Assembly: GCA_024648695.1 (NCBI GenBank)
Contig: JACAVV010000009.1
Span: 40,843-104,842 of the forward strand
Origin: Nitrospina sp.
Lineage (GTDB): Bacteria; Nitrospinota; Nitrospinia; Nitrospinales; JACRGP01
DNA length: 64,000 nt
Reading direction: 5' to 3'
Each line of letters opens with the position of its first letter. Position 1 is the stretch's first letter. The notes under the pieces were generated by a model. The model saw only the letters and a program-made list of their open reading frames with translations, made no database searches and had not been told where the DNA came from. Positions 63,625 to 64,000 of the stretch are shown piece by piece. A program made the translations under genes and the position numbers.

Positions 63625-64000
63625 ATGCTAATTTCAAACCAACACATTTCCACCAGCCTATACTTTTGGAATTTCATTATTTCATTCAGTCTATCCCTGA
63701 TTTTGTGTAAAGGAATTATCCTTGGATTCGAAAAATATTCATTTATCAGGCGATTCATAGACCGGTTACCCAGTCACCACGAGGATGGGGTTATGAGCTT
63801 TGGAGGAATCGGAGTCATCCTCTCATTTTTTCTGACCCTTTGGGGTTTTTATTTATTCAATAACCTGAGCACATCTTACCTGACACTTTTGTCCACTTTA
63901 ACCATTTCCGTCGGATTGATGTTTACTCTCGGCATATTTGATGATGTTTTTGATTTTACCGCCCGAATAAAATTTCCGGTTCAAATAGTTATCGTTGTAA
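63625..64000 (+). CDS. Glycosyltransferase family 4 (WecA/MraY-like polyprenyl-phosphate sugar-1-phosphate transferase), 5' part only
   Basis: The frame is open from ATG 63625 to the window end (my own translation; not in the ORF track because it has no stop). It is hydrophobic. SFGGIGVILSFF and LGIFDDVFDFTARIKFPVQ match the family G-x-x-D-D-x-x-x-L-x-x-x-x-K motif. Confidence 0.65.
   Translation, partial: MLISNQHISTSLYFWNFIISFSLSLILCKGIILGFEKYSFIRRFIDRLPSHHEDGVMSFGGIGVILSFFLTLWGFYLFNNLSTSYLTLLSTLTISVGLMFTLGIFDDVFDFTARIKFPVQIVIVV

Noticed and set aside
1-64000. Search for tRNA, rRNA, CRISPR arrays, integrons, prophage modules or recognisable defence systems
   Set aside because: I saw no T-loop/acceptor-stem patterns outside coding regions, no rRNA-like sequence, no regularly spaced direct repeats, and no integrase, reverse transcriptase, Cas or restriction-type genes. 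The only mobile or selfish elements are the IS fragment and the decayed phd/doc pair.

Overview
This 64 kb window reads as an ordinary, gene-dense chromosomal segment of a Gram-negative bacterium. Lipoprotein, LPS and periplasmic thiol-redox genes are present; I cannot assign taxonomy without a database search. I found no rRNA, tRNA or CRISPR array. The housekeeping backbone is a long minus-strand run (GT2, M50 protease, trpS, ileS, lspA, lgt, metallophosphoesterase), plus gltX, truA-leuB-asd, msrA, an Nfu-type Fe-S scaffold and two Mrp/NBP35 ATPases. Accessory or decaying content: the left edge carries the right part of an IS3-family element with a frameshifted transposase, inserted into an HD-GYP gene of which only the 3' end remains. 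There is also an orphan C-terminal fragment of an AcrB-type RND pump, and a phd/doc-type toxin-antitoxin pair inactivated by two in-frame stops and one frameshift. The most interesting unit is a tightly overlapping five-gene plus-strand operon (2807-9518): a serine-palmitoyltransferase-like alpha-oxoamine synthase, a large GNAT acyltransferase, an epimerase/dehydratase-family SDR, a CDP-alcohol phosphotransferase and an MMPL/RND exporter. I interpret it as a candidate bacterial (phospho)sphingolipid synthesis and export pathway. Other points worth a second look: a four-PAS GGDEF protein whose two central PAS domains are FixL-type heme-PAS look-alikes; a very acidic membrane-anchored protein next to a ParA/MinD ATPase; a beta-propeller plus Ycf46-like AAA+ pair; two RNI-type LRR proteins separated by an 11-bp tandem repeat; a TrpRS with a Cys4 motif; an orphan intrinsic terminator upstream of truA; and a surface-glycan cluster (51.8-64 kb) with NodU-like carbamoyltransferase, APS kinase and GDP-mannose genes. 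All functional calls come from by-eye motif recognition and need HMM/BLAST confirmation.
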